A stretch of DNA of 64,000 nucleotides from Planctomycetia bacterium (GTDB lineage: Bacteria > Planctomycetota > Planctomycetia > Pirellulales > UBA1268), in assembly GCA_014192425.1 (NCBI GenBank), contig BJHK01000001.1:2623-66622 (forward strand). The letters run 5' to 3'. Positions 28,224 through 38,129 of the stretch are shown here, piece by piece (within the stretch, counting starts at the first letter, position 1; each line of letters opens with the position of its first letter). The notes under the pieces were generated by a model that saw nothing but the letters and a program-made list of their open reading frames with translations, did no database searches and had not been told where the DNA came from. The translations under genes and the position numbers were made by a program.

Positions 28224-30218
28224 ATGCCCTCAGACTCCGACATCGATTCCGCTGCTGGCCCGGTCTGTCCTGGTCCCGTCTATCGCGGGCCGCTGCCCCC
28301 CGGCAATACGGTCGAGCGGGCCCCCGTGACCGTCTACGACGCCGCCGGCGAGGCGAGCCGGGCGGTGGCCCAGGAGATCGCCGACCTCGTCGCCGCGCGG
28401 GCGGCGGCGGGCCGGCAGGTGGTCCTCGGGCTGGCCACGGGGAGCACGCCCGTGGGCGTGTATCGCGAGCTCGTCCGGCTGCACCGCGAGGAAGGTTTGT
28501 CGTTCCGCAACGTCGTCACCTTCAACCTCGACGAATACTGGCCGCTATCCCCCGACGCGCCGCAGAGCTACCACCGCTTCATGCGCGAGCAGCTCTTCGA
28601 CCACATCGACATCGAACCCACCGCGGTCCACATCCCGGATGGGACCGAGTCGCGGGCGTCCCTCCTCGACGCCTGCGCCCTCTACGAGGAGCGGATTCGT
28701 GCCGCGGGCGGGATCGACCTGCAGCTGCTGGGGATCGGCCGCACCGGGCATATCGGCTTCAACGAGCCGGGCAGTCCGGTGGAGAGCCGCACCCGTCTGA
28801 TCACGCTCGACCGCGTCACGCGGGCCGACGCGGCGGGGGATTTTTCCGGCGAGCGCAACGTGCCGCGGCAGGCGATCACGATGGGGGTGGGCACGATCCT
28901 CGACGCCCGGCGGATCCTGCTCCTCGCCTTCGGCGAGCACAAGGCGCCCGTCGTGCGCCGGGCCGTCGAGCAGGCCCCCGACCTGCTCGTGACAGCGAGC
29001 GTCCTGCAGCGGCACCCCGACGCCCGCTTCGTGCTCGACCGCTCGGCGGCGTCGCGGCTGTCGCGGTTCGAGTCGCCGTGGCTGGTGGGGCCGCTGGAGG
29101 CGATGGGGCTCGGCTGGACCGAGCCGCTGACCCGCAAGGCGGTGATCTGGCTGGCCCAGCAGGTCGGCAAGCCGATCCTCAAGCTTGTGGACGAGGACTA
29201 CAACGAGCACGGCCTGCAGGACCTGCTCTCGGCGCGGGGCCGGGCCTACGACCTCAACATCGAGGTCTTTCGGGCGCTGCAGGACACGATCACCGGCTGG
29301 CCCGGCGGCCGGCCCGGAAAGCCGCGCCGGATCCGGGGACTGGCATCGGCTGCGGAGGAGTTTCCCAAGCGGATCGTCGTCTTCAGCCCGCACCCCGACG
29401 ACGACGTGATCGGCATGGGGGGAACGTTCATCCGGCTCTGCGAGCAGGGGCATGAGGTGCACGTCGCCTACCAGACGAGCGGCAGCATGGCCGTGTGGGA
29501 CGAGTCCGCCGAGCGGCATGTGGAGTTTGCCGAGGAATGGTGCCGGGCCTTCGGGATCGGCGACGCGGCCGGCACGGTCGCCGGTCACATCCGCGGCCTG
29601 CTCCGCGCCGGCGCTGGCGGCGCGCCCGACGAGGTGCGCACCGTGAAGGCGCTGATCCGGCGGACCGAGGCCCGGGCCGCCGCCCGCTACTCCGGCGTCG
29701 CGCCGGAGCGGATCCACTTTCTCGACCTTCCGTTCTACGAGACCGGTACCGTGCGCAAGCGGCCCGTCGGGGCGGAGGACGTGCGGATCGTGGCCGAACT
29801 GCTCGACCGCGTCCGGCCGCACCAGGTGTATGCCGCCGGCGACCTCGCCGACCCGCACGGCACCCATCGCGTCTGCCTCGGCATCGTGACGAAGGCGCTG
29901 GCGGAACTCGGCGACCGGCCGTGGGCCGAACGCTGCGAGGTCTGGCTGTATCGCGGTGCCTGGCAGGAGTGGGAGCCGCACGAGATCGACATGGCGGTCC
30001 CGCTGTCGCCGGACGAGGTCGAGCGGAAGCGGCTGGCGATCTTCAAGCACGAGAGTCAGAAGGATCGGTCCCTGTTCCCGGGATCCACGGATGCCCGTGA
30101 GTTCTGGCAGCGGGCCGAGGACTGCACCCGGGAAACCGCCCGCCTCTACGACACGCTGGGCCTGCCCGAGTACGAAGCGATCGAGGGCTTCGCGCTCTTG
30201 CAGCACCGCGGGTCGTAG
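28224..30218 (+). CDS. nagB: glucosamine-6-phosphate deaminase (NagB) fused to an LmbE/PIG-L-type deacetylase domain
   Basis: N-half: LGLATGSTPVGVY, TFNLDEY, LGIGRTGHIGFNEPGS. C-half: VVFSPHPDDDVIGMGG and HVAYQTSGS of the LmbE family. Start taken at the ATG at 28224. Confidence 0.85.
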   Translation: MPSDSDIDSAAGPVCPGPVYRGPLPPGNTVERAPVTVYDAAGEASRAVAQEIADLVAARAAAGRQVVLGLATGSTPVGVYRELVRLHREEGLSFRNVVTFNLDEYWPLSPDAPQSYHRFMREQLFDHIDIEPTAVHIPDGTESRASLLDACALYEERIRAAGGIDLQLLGIGRTGHIGFNEPGSPVESRTRLITLDRVTRADAAGDFSGERNVPRQAITMGVGTILDARRILLLAFGEHKAPVVRRAVEQAPDLLVTASVLQRHPDARFVLDRSAASRLSRFESPWLVGPLEAMGLGWTEPLTRKAVIWLAQQVGKPILKLVDEDYNEHGLQDLLSARGRAYDLNIEVFRALQDTITGWPGGRPGKPRRIRGLASAAEEFPKRIVVFSPHPDDDVIGMGGTFIRLCEQGHEVHVAYQTSGSMAVWDESAERHVEFAEEWCRAFGIGDAAGTVAGHIRGLLRAGAGGAPDEVRTVKALIRRTEARAAARYSGVAPERIHFLDLPFYETGTVRKRPVGAEDVRIVAELLDRVRPHQVYAAGDLADPHGTHRVCLGIVTKALAELGDRPWAERCEVWLYRGAWQEWEPHEIDMAVPLSPDEVERKRLAIFKHESQKDRSLFPGSTDAREFWQRAEDCTRETARLYDTLGLPEYEAIEGFALLQHRGS

Positions 30219-30222
30219 CGGC

Positions 30223-30240
30223 GCGGCCTCGGCCGCTTTC
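30223..30240 (+). terminator. candidate intrinsic terminator after the nagB fusion
   Basis: GCGGCC-TC-GGCCGC palindrome (30223-30236) followed by TTT. Lies between convergent genes. Confidence 0.4.
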
Positions 30241-30288
30241 AGGCTCACCCGCCGGCAAGACGGGGTGGCACGGCAGGCATGCGGTGGC

Positions 30289-32040
30289 TCATTCGGACCG
30301 CGGCTGCTTTCCGTCGTTGGCCCGCATGAGCATGTCCCAGACGCCGTCGGCCTCCGTGGATTGAAAGGACGCGTTCGGACCGCCCCCCATGTTGGGATCC
30401 CGGCCCACCTGCCTGCCTTCGGTGTCGGAGTCGGACTTCTCGCGTCGGGATACCGAGTTCTTGATGGGCCTTACCGAGCCGTCGCACATCGCCACCATCA
30501 GGATGTCGCCATGGTTGGCCTGGGAACGTATGGCGGAGCATTCCTGGGGCTTTGGCTGCGACTGGAACATGAACGTGTTGGCAAACTGCAGACCTTTCAC
30601 ATTTCTGGCATCGGACTCCCACTCGATGCCGAAACTGTGAGTCCAGGGCTTCCATTCGACATCTGTCGGACGGGGCATCGTGTTGTCGTCTGGAAATTCA
30701 TTCCAGTTGGTTCTGCCAGCCGAGTACGGATGCGGCTCAATGGCGAGCCGCACGGCACTCGACCTCACGTGTTGCGCTCCTGACGGAATCCACGAGGGGT
30801 CATCCGGATTCATAGCCACGTCGACGACCGTCCCCAGTCGCGGGCTGCTCCAGAATGCCAACCGCGCCATGTCGACGTAGCGATTTACCGGCGTTGGAAA
30901 GCTCGCACCGTCGGCATACACGACCGACGAGCAGTACCGCATCGCCTCGGCGAGGAGGATCGTGTTCGCCTGGCCATCCTTGATGTGGTCGAAGGAACGC
31001 GGTCTCCACGAGGTGATCTCGTAGCGGCCGGTGCCGAACGGACTCAGATGGGCTTGGGGTTCCACTCGTAGGGACGCTTCGGTGCTGGACACGGCCGCGA
31101 ACACGTGCGGGTTGGCGAGGTAGTTGGTTGTCGACCACTGCCGGCCGCCCAGCCATGTGAGCTTGGTGGATGACTCGATCACGCTGTTGTCACCCTTACA
31201 GACGGTGAGCGGCACGCGGATCCCTTCCTGGGCGGCCGGATAGTTTGGGAGGTTGAAATAGGGATAGCGGAAATTTTTGGCCAATCCCAGCCCCCTGTGC
31301 TGGCCGTAGCGAGGGTCAGTCGTGCCGGAGAAATACGGTTCGATCCATCGGGGCGGGGAGACCTGCTGCACTGTTCCGATCTGCGTCGCTTTTGTCCGGC
31401 GCACCGTGTAGGTCGCCCCGTTCATGCCAAAAGCCGTTTCCACGATGGTTTCGTACTTGTACGTTGGAATGGTCGTCGTGCCGCCCGGAGACATGGATCC
31501 GGCAATGAGCATCGTCCCGGAGGAGTTGACATTGCCCTCGACGAACGAATTACCCTCGATCACCGCCACCGAGGGGTTTGTATGCACGTTGAACGTCACG
31601 CCGTCGTCCAACGTCCTCTGCAGCGCCTCTGTCTTTGGGATCATGCCTTCGCCGCGGAGGGCTTCGCCCGGCACGTTCGGCCAATAGCGATACCCCAAGC
31701 AGACCTTCGCTTTGGGAAGTTTGAGGTACTCGGACTGCATCTCGATGTCGGGCAGCACATGGCCGAGCCAGCTGGTGAAGACGGGAGCCGCCCGTTGCGT
31801 CGACTCAAACGGATAGGCACCCCAGAACGGGGGCAGCGACCCGTTGCGGTTGTGAAAACTCGTGATTGCCTTGGCGAGTTGCCGCAGGTTGTTGCCACAG
31901 TCAGTGCGTCGGCCCGCGCTGCGGACCATTTGAACGGCCGGCAGCAGTATGGCCATCAGCCCGGCCAGGATCGCCACGACGACCAGGAGTTCGACGAGCG
32001 TGAACGCTCTCGTGACGCCACGCCGCTTACAGGTTCGCAT
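30289..32040 (-). CDS. DUF1559-family protein with prepilin-type N-terminal cleavage/methylation motif
   Basis: ATG at 32040: MRTCKRRGVTRAFTLVELLVVVAILAGLMAILLPAVQ...CGNNLRQLA, the planctomycete DUF1559 signature. 583 aa. Visibly lower GC than the neighbours. Confidence 0.85.
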   Translation of the reverse strand: MRTCKRRGVTRAFTLVELLVVVAILAGLMAILLPAVQMVRSAGRRTDCGNNLRQLAKAITSFHNRNGSLPPFWGAYPFESTQRAAPVFTSWLGHVLPDIEMQSEYLKLPKAKVCLGYRYWPNVPGEALRGEGMIPKTEALQRTLDDGVTFNVHTNPSVAVIEGNSFVEGNVNSSGTMLIAGSMSPGGTTTIPTYKYETIVETAFGMNGATYTVRRTKATQIGTVQQVSPPRWIEPYFSGTTDPRYGQHRGLGLAKNFRYPYFNLPNYPAAQEGIRVPLTVCKGDNSVIESSTKLTWLGGRQWSTTNYLANPHVFAAVSSTEASLRVEPQAHLSPFGTGRYEITSWRPRSFDHIKDGQANTILLAEAMRYCSSVVYADGASFPTPVNRYVDMARLAFWSSPRLGTVVDVAMNPDDPSWIPSGAQHVRSSAVRLAIEPHPYSAGRTNWNEFPDDNTMPRPTDVEWKPWTHSFGIEWESDARNVKGLQFANTFMFQSQPKPQECSAIRSQANHGDILMVAMCDGSVRPIKNSVSRREKSDSDTEGRQVGRDPNMGGGPNASFQSTEADGVWDMLMRANDGKQPRSE

Positions 32041-32159
32041 GCCAGCCCCTCCTCTAGGAATGAACTGATGCCGGGGACACCTAAGGATCTCATCGGTCGG
32101 CCGGGAGACCCGTCGCCACATCGAATTGTCCGTCTGGCCCGAGGGATCGTCAAGCGGGA

Positions 32160-32248
32160 AAACCAGCGGGCATGGGTGCCGCCTGGCCTCGCCCTCCGGG
32201 CTCGCCAGGCTTTGGCACCGTCCGGTGCCTGGTGCTGGGCGGGAATCG
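32160..32248. repeat. solo degenerate copy of the tRNA-Arg-associated repeat unit
   Basis: AACCAGCGGGC (32160-32171) plus 63 nt (32181-32243) identical to the array units at 40839-41716, same orientation. Homology runs up to the ISAs1 left end. Confidence 0.85.
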
Positions 32249-33372
32249 CAGGGCCGACGCAAACTTTACGCCGGGATTTGCAGGACTGTGAAGAGGTAGG
32301 CGGGATTCCAGCCGGCCATCCTTCGCCGCATGGCGATGCTTTCCTTGTCGTTGACCTGCTTCAGCAGGCTGATCGCGAAGCGTGTGAGCCAGGCGATATT
32401 GTCAGCCAAGAGGCGATTACGGACGCGACTTTCGTCCTCCCTGAAGGTAACGTCCAGACACCAATGCAACGTGTTCTCGATACCCCATTGTCCGCGGACG
32501 TTTGCTGCGAACTGCTTGATGCCTACGCGGAGTGAGCTGATGGAGTACCGCACGTCGTGGGTCGTCCTGTCCGCTTGAGTGCTCGTCCGGATGGCCACGC
32601 CGATCGTTCTCATGCCCTTCCAGTGTTGCTGGCCCGGCAGATCGGCAGGCACCGACATCTGACAGTAGGTGATCTCGTCCGTTCGCCCGTGTCCCTTGAC
32701 CGTCTCGGTGTGCGTGCGGAGCCCCGGGGAGGAAAAGTCATTTTCCACGTGCGCGTCGAAGCACTCCACGACAGCGTCGTGCAGCGCTTCCTGGTTGCCT
32801 TTCAGTGTCAGGACGTAATCTCCGCCGCCCTCGATGATCTTGGCGGCGATCGTTTTCTGACACCCGGCGGCGTCGATCGTGACGATCGATCCCTTGACGT
32901 CGATGGCAATGATCTCACGCTCCCCGTCCTTGCGGTTCGCGGCCAGCCGGCGGATCCAGTTCTCAAAGCAAGCCTGAAAGGCAGCCGGCTTCAAAGCCAT
33001 CAGCACGCCACCGATTGTGTCGTGTGCCGGCGCTCCATTGGGCAACTGCAAACGGTTCCTCAACCAGTCCGCGTTGCTTTCCGCCCACCGCCCGATCGCT
33101 TTGGGTCCTGCCGCGCCCGCGATGACCGCCATGATGCAGATAACCACCAGGTCGCTCAGAAGGTGCAGGCGGTTGATGTGCGATCGAGGATCCGGCAGGA
33201 CTGCAACCTCCTCCAAAATGCTTTTGACATCCATGTCCAGAACGACTTCGGTATTCCCTGGCACAGCTGTATCTCCGGCGACGGCTTCGAGGGAAACTCC
33301 TGACGAAGCCAATCATCGCCGCTACAGGCTTGCCGCGCCAGCCGAGATTGCCCAGAGTGCGCGCCGGCCCTG
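32249..33372 (-). mobile_element. ISAs1-family insertion sequence, internally deleted
   Basis: Candidate imperfect terminal inverted repeats: CAGGGCCGACGCAAAC (32249-32264) and the reverse complement of 33357-33372, CAGGGCCGGCGCGCAC (13/16 match). One transposase ORF. No target duplication seen. Confidence 0.7.
32266..33234 (-). pseudogene. ISAs1-family (H-repeat type) transposase with an in-frame internal deletion
   Basis: DPRS...HLLSDLVVICIMAVIAGA, GGDYVLTLKGNQ and RGQWGIENTLHWCLDVTFREDESR match ISAs1. IAIDVKGSIVTIDAAGCQ joins two motifs that are, from memory of family members, roughly 55-60 aa apart. The track ORF extends to 33312. Confidence 0.65.
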
Positions 33373-33386
33373 GGGCGTCACCGGTC

Positions 33387-34454
33387 CTACACTTCTACTG
33401 AAGTGTCGCCAGCGGGTGTGACCGGGTCCACGCCGACGGGGATACGTTTGATGCGCCGGGCCGCCTGCACGATGTGAACGACCTGATCAAGGACGACCGC
33501 CACCAGGATCACGGCGCCGACGATGATGAACGTCCAGTTCGGGTTCAGGCGCCACAACCGCGGAATTCCGCCGTCGTCGTCGTAACGGAGCTGGAACATG
33601 TTGATGCCGTTGTCGATGACCCGCATGATCGCCGAGCCGATGATGATGCCCAGCACCGTTCCCTCGCCGCCGCGCAGGGAGCAGCCGCCCAGCACCACGG
33701 CCGCGATCGCGTAAAGCTCGTACGCGACCCCGACCTGTTGCGACATCTGGCCGATGTACGCCGCGTAACAAACGCCCGCGATCCCCGCCAACCCCGACGA
33801 GATCACGTACGTCAACGTTTCGACCTTCTTGACGTTGATACCCGAATACTCGGCCGCGTCGCGGTTGCCGCCGATGGCGTACACATAGCGGCCGAATACC
33901 GTGAAATGCAGGACGTAGGTCCCGATACCCGCCACCATCAGGAACATCAGGAACGGATAAGGCACCAAGGGATCGCCGCTGATCTGGAGCAGACCGCCGT
34001 TGGCCAATCCCAGCAAAGGGGATCTGCCCATGCTCAGCGTTCCGCCCTCGACAATGGTCTGTGAAACGCCGCGGACCAGCAGCATGCCACCCAGCGTGAC
34101 GATGAATGGTTGCAACTTCAGGCGCGTGATCAGGAGGCCCTGCGTCAGCCCGACCAGCAGCGCGGCGGCAAGCGCCATACCGATCCCCAACCACAGCGGG
34201 TAAGCCAGGCCGCCGGTCGCATGCGACGACATCTTGGCGATGATGACGCCGGTTAGACCGACCACGGAGCCGACCGACAGGTCGATTCCGCCAGCGATGA
34301 TCACGAACCCGATGCCAATCGCGTAGATCCCCAGCATCGAAATCTGTCGCAACGTATTGATGGCGTTCGATGGCCCCAGAAAATCAGGGTTCGAGATGAA
34401 AAGCACCAGGCACATCACGACCAATGCCACGAACATGCCCAACTCGCGTCTCAT
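33387..34454 (-). CDS. sugar ABC transporter permease (RbsC-like)
   Basis: 355 aa. GIDLSVGSVVGL and typical ribose/monosaccharide permease pattern. ATGA overlap with the ATPase at 34451-34454. Confidence 0.9.
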   Translation of the reverse strand: MRRELGMFVALVVMCLVLFISNPDFLGPSNAINTLRQISMLGIYAIGIGFVIIAGGIDLSVGSVVGLTGVIIAKMSSHATGGLAYPLWLGIGMALAAALLVGLTQGLLITRLKLQPFIVTLGGMLLVRGVSQTIVEGGTLSMGRSPLLGLANGGLLQISGDPLVPYPFLMFLMVAGIGTYVLHFTVFGRYVYAIGGNRDAAEYSGINVKKVETLTYVISSGLAGIAGVCYAAYIGQMSQQVGVAYELYAIAAVVLGGCSLRGGEGTVLGIIIGSAIMRVIDNGINMFQLRYDDDGGIPRLWRLNPNWTFIIVGAVILVAVVLDQVVHIVQAARRIKRIPVGVDPVTPAGDTSVEV

Positions 34455-36010
34455 GCGGCTGCCCCTTCGGTTGTGCCCGTCATCAACGAGGCGATTCGTT
34501 CCTGTGTCAGCTCCGCGCGTGTCAGCACGCCCTTGATCTGTCGCTCGTGCATGACCACCACGCGATCACTCATGCCGATCACCTCCTCCATGTCCGAACT
34601 CACCATCAGAATCGTGATGCCGGCATCGGCCAGCGCCGCGACGTGGCGGTAGATCTCCGCCTTCGCGCCGACGTCGATCCCGCGCGTCGGCTCGTCCAGG
34701 ATCAGCACCTTGGGGCTCATCGCCAGCCATTTGCCCAGCACCACCTTCTGCTGATTGCCGCCGGACAGATTCACGACCCGCTGGCGGATGCTGGGTGTCT
34801 TGGTACGCAGCCGCGCGACTTCCGACTCGGCCACGCGCTGCTCGGTCGCGCGATCCAACAGGCCCCAACGGTTGTAGTTGGCGATGTTCGGCAGCGACGT
34901 GTTCTCGGCGACCGACATCGGCAGCACCAGGCCGTGGCGTTTGCGATCCTCGGGCGCCAGGTAGACGCCGCGATCGATGGCGTCGCGCGTGTTGCGCGGC
35001 AGAAAGGCGGCGCCGGCAAGGACCATCGAACCCCCGCGGGCGGGGGTCGCTCCGAAGATGCTCTGCATCAGCTCGGTGCGGCCCGCGCCAACCAGACCCG
35101 CGAAGCCCAGGATCTCGCCCCGGCGCGCCGTGAAGGTCACGCCCGCGGGAGCGCCGGGGACCAGCAGCTCCTTCACCTCCAAAACGGGTTCGATGCCGGT
35201 TTCGGCGGTGCCCCCCGGGACAGGCTCTTCCTCCCGTCTTGGCTTCTTGGGCGGGAAGTACTGATTCGACAGCTCGCGCCCCACCATCAGGGCCACGATC
35301 TTGTCGTGGGTCGCCCCCGCGCGCGCAAGATCCCCGATGTAGCGTCCGTCCCGCAGGACGGTGATGCGATCGGCAAGGTCCAGCACCTCCTGCATCCGGT
35401 GCGAGATGTAGATGATGCCGATCCCCTCGCCGCGCAGCTGCTGGATGATCTTGAACAGTTGTTCCGATTCGCCCGATGTCAGCGACGATGTCGGTTCGTC
35501 CATGATGATGATGCGCGCGTTGACGGACAGCGCCTTGGCGATTTCGACCATCTGCATCTGTCCGGCCGTCAAGGTCGAGACCGCGGTGGTGGGCGGTCGT
35601 TTCAGCCCCACGCGGGCCAGCAGCACCGCCGCCTTCTGGTTCATGTCCCGCCTGCCCAGCGGCCTCAGCATGCCAAGCCCGCCCGCCTGTTCGCTGCCAA
35701 GGAAGATGTTGGAGGCGATGTCCAGGTTCGGGGCCAGCATCAGCTCCTGATGGATCAGCGCGATGCCGCGGCGTTTGGCTTCGCGCACTCCCGTCAAGAC
35801 CACCGCCTGGCCGTCGATGACGATCTGTCCCTCGTCGGGCGGGTAGGCCCCGCCCAGGATCTTCATCAACGTGCTCTTGCCCGCGCCGTTTTCTCCCATC
35901 AGCGCCAATACCTCGCCCGCGGCCAGGGACAGCGACACCCGGGAAAGCGCGGTGACGCCTGGAAATCGCTTGGTGATTCCGCTCATTGCCAGCAGGGCAG
36001 GGGCCTCCAC
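34451..36010 (-). CDS. sugar ABC transporter ATP-binding protein, duplicated ATPase (RbsA/MglA-like)
   Basis: 519 aa with two nucleotide-binding halves (GENGAGKSTLMK / LSGGNQQKVVL etc.). Confidence 0.9.
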   Translation of the reverse strand: MEAPALLAMSGITKRFPGVTALSRVSLSLAAGEVLALMGENGAGKSTLMKILGGAYPPDEGQIVIDGQAVVLTGVREAKRRGIALIHQELMLAPNLDIASNIFLGSEQAGGLGMLRPLGRRDMNQKAAVLLARVGLKRPPTTAVSTLTAGQMQMVEIAKALSVNARIIIMDEPTSSLTSGESEQLFKIIQQLRGEGIGIIYISHRMQEVLDLADRITVLRDGRYIGDLARAGATHDKIVALMVGRELSNQYFPPKKPRREEEPVPGGTAETGIEPVLEVKELLVPGAPAGVTFTARRGEILGFAGLVGAGRTELMQSIFGATPARGGSMVLAGAAFLPRNTRDAIDRGVYLAPEDRKRHGLVLPMSVAENTSLPNIANYNRWGLLDRATEQRVAESEVARLRTKTPSIRQRVVNLSGGNQQKVVLGKWLAMSPKVLILDEPTRGIDVGAKAEIYRHVAALADAGITILMVSSDMEEVIGMSDRVVVMHERQIKGVLTRAELTQERIASLMTGTTEGAAA

Positions 36011-36021
36011 GGTGACTTGCC

Positions 36022-37014
36022 TTACGAGGACTTCTTCATCTCGGCCAACTTAGCCTTGAACGCCGCGACGTTCGTCTTGTCGATGACCTCGACACCGGTG
36101 TCGATGATCCGCGTGGGCGGCAGCGCCGCCTTGGCCGCGTCGCCCTTGGTCGCCAGTTCGTGCATCCACTTGGCGGACAGGTATCCGAACATGAACGGCT
36201 TTTGTACCACCGTGACCTGAATGGATCCGCTTTCGATTCCGTCCAGCGTGCCGTCGTCCTCGTCGAACACAGCCGCCAGCACCTTGCCTTTCTTGCCAAG
36301 GCCACTGAGCGCGGCGGCAATGGCCGTGCCGTTGTAGTTCCACAGCCCGACGACCATCGCCAGATCCGCGTTCGCGTTGACAATGTCCTCGACGTTCGAG
36401 CGGGCCTTCGCCCGATCCGTGTTGTCCTCGCGCTTGTCGATGATGTTGATGTTGTGCCCGGCGATCGCGTCCTCAATCCCCTTCAATCGTTGCGACGCAT
36501 TGTCGGCCGAGAACATGCCGACGAACACGGCGATCTTGCCGCCCTTGGGCAACAGCTTCACGATCTCGCCGCCCAGCGCCTTGCCCGCGTCGTAGTTGTT
36601 GGTGCCGATTTACAGCAGGCGCTTGGACTTGTCGGCGTCCGAGTCAAACGTGATCAGATTGGTCTTCGGCGCCAACCGGTCCAGCACCGGCGTTTGATCG
36701 GCGGGCGCTATCACGCTGACCGCCACCGCGTCGTAACCCTGGCTGACCAGGTTCTGCATGATCTGATTCTGATCCTCGGGCGTTCCGTTGGGGGGCATCT
36801 TGATGTCCACCTGGACCTTGGCCTCGGCCTCGTACTTGTGAATCCCGGCGGCGGCAATCTTCCAGAACTCGCTGGGGTTGTTGGTGACGAACGCCAGCTT
36901 GACCAGCTTGGCCCCGCCACCGCCTCCCGTGTTGCGGTTGCAGGCGGCGGCCGTCAGCATCGCCACGGCCAGAAACGCGAAGCAAATGGGAATCAACACT
37001 GATTTCGTTCTCAC
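36022..37014 (-). pseudogene. sugar ABC substrate-binding lipoprotein (RbsB-like) interrupted by one in-frame TAA
   Basis: GTG at 37014 preceded by GAGGAGG. Lipobox LTAAAC. Track ORFs 36610..37059 and 36022..36561 are in the same frame, separated only by TAA at 36610-36612 (..KSKRLL*IGTNNYDAGKALGGEIV..). Confidence 0.8.
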
Positions 37015-37117
37015 GGGTCGCCTCCTCGGGTTCGGGTGTCGCCAACGGCTGGGTGCCAACGGCCTGTAGTGTACGTCGGACCCACGATTCGATGTTGCCT
37101 GGTGTTACGCTTTCCTT

Positions 37118-37293
37118 GTGACCATCTACGACGAGTTGCGGGGTCTCATCCAGTCCCTCGACCGTGCGCGGGTGGATTACGCCCTGATCGGCGGGCTGGC
37201 CGTCGCCGTCTGGGGCGCACCACGCGCAAGGCACGCGCCGCCCGTCCACAGGACATCATGGACATCCAGAACCTGACGGATATCGACCGGTGA
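37118..37293 (+). pseudogene. remnant of a nucleotidyltransferase-like gene
   Basis: VTIYDELRGLIQSLDRARVDYALIGGLAVAVWGAPRA in one frame and ..RPQDIMDIQNLTDIDR in another. The N- and C-terminal motifs are brought together by a deletion and frameshift. Confidence 0.35.
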
Positions 37294-37502
37294 GCGTCGA
37301 AATGTCGTCCAGCGCGATCGAAGCGCGCCTGCGAGAGGCGAGCCGGCTCGCGGGATCCTTGCGGCCCGAGGAGCGGCTTGCCACGAAGATCGGCCTCACT
37401 CACGCCGATGTCGCCCGGCGCTTGAAGGAGGCATCCGATCTCTTGGACCTCTGTCGCGCGCTTGCCCGGGCGGGCGCCACGACCCGGGCCGTTGGGCCAT
37501 GA
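37290..37502 (+). CDS. small hypothetical protein
   Basis: 70-aa ORF overlapping the preceding remnant by 4 nt. No motif recognised. Confidence 0.25.
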   Translation: MSVEMSSSAIEARLREASRLAGSLRPEERLATKIGLTHADVARRLKEASDLLDLCRALARAGATTRAVGP

Positions 37503-37547
37503 ACCGCGCGGTTTCTTTGTCCGCGCGTTTCCGGTTCGCGCGTGGCA

Positions 37548-38129
37548 TCAACGGGAGGTCAATGTGTCGATGCGACCCAGTTCGTCGCTGCTGAAGTCCA
37601 GAGTCGCCAGCGCCGCCACGTTCTGTGCGACCTGTTCGGGGCGGGTCGCGCCCATCACCGCGGACACCATGCCCTTGTGGCGCAAGATGAAGGCCAACGC
37701 CATGTGCGCCAGCGTCTGTCCCCGGGCGCGGGCCAGATCGTGAAGGCCGCTCAGGATGCGCTTCTTTTCGGCCCTGGATTTCGATGTCACCCGGGCCGCT
37801 GCCCATTCGCGGGCCGGGCGGCTGTCGGCGGGCACGACGTACAACGCCTTGCCCTGTTCGACCAGGGTATCGAGCGCACCCATCGTTTCCTCCAACGGCG
37901 TGTGTGGATCAGGACGGTGCGAATAGAAGATGTCGAAATACGCGACGCCCGTGCGCTTCACCGACTGGTCGCAACTGGCGATGATGTACTTGCGCGAGCC
38001 CCATTTGCATCGGTCGCCGGCGAATGCATGGGGCATCTGGTCCTGGGCTTGTTCCGTCAAGCCGGGATGATACCGTTCACCGTCAGAAGGATGAGGGAAC
38101 ATGACCAACACCATCAGCGCGGAAGACAA
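37548..38129 (-). pseudogene. aldo-keto reductase (YghZ-like) fragment
   Basis: WGSRKYIIASCDQSVKRTGVAYFDIFYSHRPDPHTPLEETMGALDTLVEQGKALYV and RGQTLAHMALAFILRHKGMVSAVMGATRPEQV match AKR blocks. About 100 aa between them and the N-terminal part are missing. Confidence 0.6.
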
